From positions 5,580,001 to 5,644,000 of the forward strand of contig OZ024743.1 of the NCBI GenBank assembly GCA_964016885.1: a DNA stretch of 64,000 nucleotides, read 5' to 3'. The position numbers and the translations under genes are program-made. This document shows, in pieces, positions 63,160-64,000 of this stretch (positions are counted from its first letter, which is position 1; each line of letters begins with the position of its first letter). Below the pieces are notes generated by a model. The model had not been told where the DNA came from. It saw only the letters and a list, made by a program, of their open reading frames with translations, and did no database searches. Source of the DNA: Eledone cirrhosa (lineage: Eukaryota).

Positions 63160-64000
63160 GTAAGTTTGGAATTCGTTTTTTCATTGATTGAAAGTATCAC
63201 TTTATGCCAAGGAAATAAATACTAAAAATGATCAATGTACCATTGCAAGCAGGAAAAAAGCGGACGTAAAATGAAATGATACTGTGTTCAAACCTTGCTA
63301 CAGCATTTTATGCTGTAGTTTGAGTTTGTCAGCCCTGATTTTACTGACTGGCTGTAAGCACTTCATTTTTATATCAAGAACTAAATTGTCCAATGTTTCC
63401 TTCCTTTTTTCAGTTGATAGAGTATGTTTAAGAGAAATTTAGCTGTTATTTCTAGCAGATCAAGTGACTGCATAGAGACTCTTTCATTCATTCAATCAAA
63501 AGCACTCCTTTTTTTTATTCTGTTATTCTGTATCTATCATTATATTATCTAATAGTCTTAGATATCATTTTGAAGATGATAGTGTGTGATTTAAGGGAAA
63601 TTTGTCTGCTATTTCTAGCATGTCAAGTAACCTTGTTGAAACTCTCTCTCATTGGCTCATACATTTGCCGTTGTTGCCTAAAGCAAAGTTCAAAGTTCAT
63701 AAACTCTAATTGCCTTTATTTACTTGATTAACAACTGGTACAACTACTTTTTCTCAGTTGGGTTGTTAGCAGTAAAAAGAAAATTCAAATTTAGAGAAAA
63801 TTTCTTTATTTTCCTTTTTTTACTGTTTGATGTTCTTTTTCTTACTTACTATTCAACTTCAAAATAAGGATAACACCTGTTGATAAGTAGGACAGCTGAT
63901 GTAAGCAGAGATGATTGCCCTACTCAGAGCCACATTAATTATTGTACCCAGCTAGGAAGGGCATCCAGCTGTAGAAACCTAGGCAAAAATATGAGTAAGA

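Overview
AT-rich, repeat-dense eukaryotic genomic DNA. The SINE, RTE-LINE and (TA)n landscape looks like a coleoid cephalopod, probably Octopus; this is inferred, not proven. Two spliced host genes sit head-to-head. PPIL4 is complete on the minus strand (13 coding exons, 44805->17787, 1566-nt CDS, 521 aa, all GT-AG). The first six exons of the cytosolic thiolase ACAT2 are on the plus strand (51743->63159, continuing past the window). Repeats include an RTE LINE with an intact ~1030-aa ORF (APE + RT + PHD-like finger) inside PPIL4 intron 10, several truncated RTE and CR1-type copies, a scrambled Gypsy remnant, tRNA-derived SINEs, piggyBac/hAT/Helitron-like non-autonomous elements and minisatellites. 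The main unannotated signal is a set of small non-coding elements beside (TA)n tracts that carry type-I hammerhead ribozyme (HHR) motifs and fold-back inversions. The clearest is at 12371-13061: a ~323-nt structured, tandem-plus-inverted unit with two canonical-core hammerheads, i.e. a candidate retrozyme / circular-RNA element. Five sequence-distinct relatives (2.1, 12.1, 13.1, 21.0 and 54.3 kb) share a short downstream motif. All calls were made by eye; no folding or database search was run.
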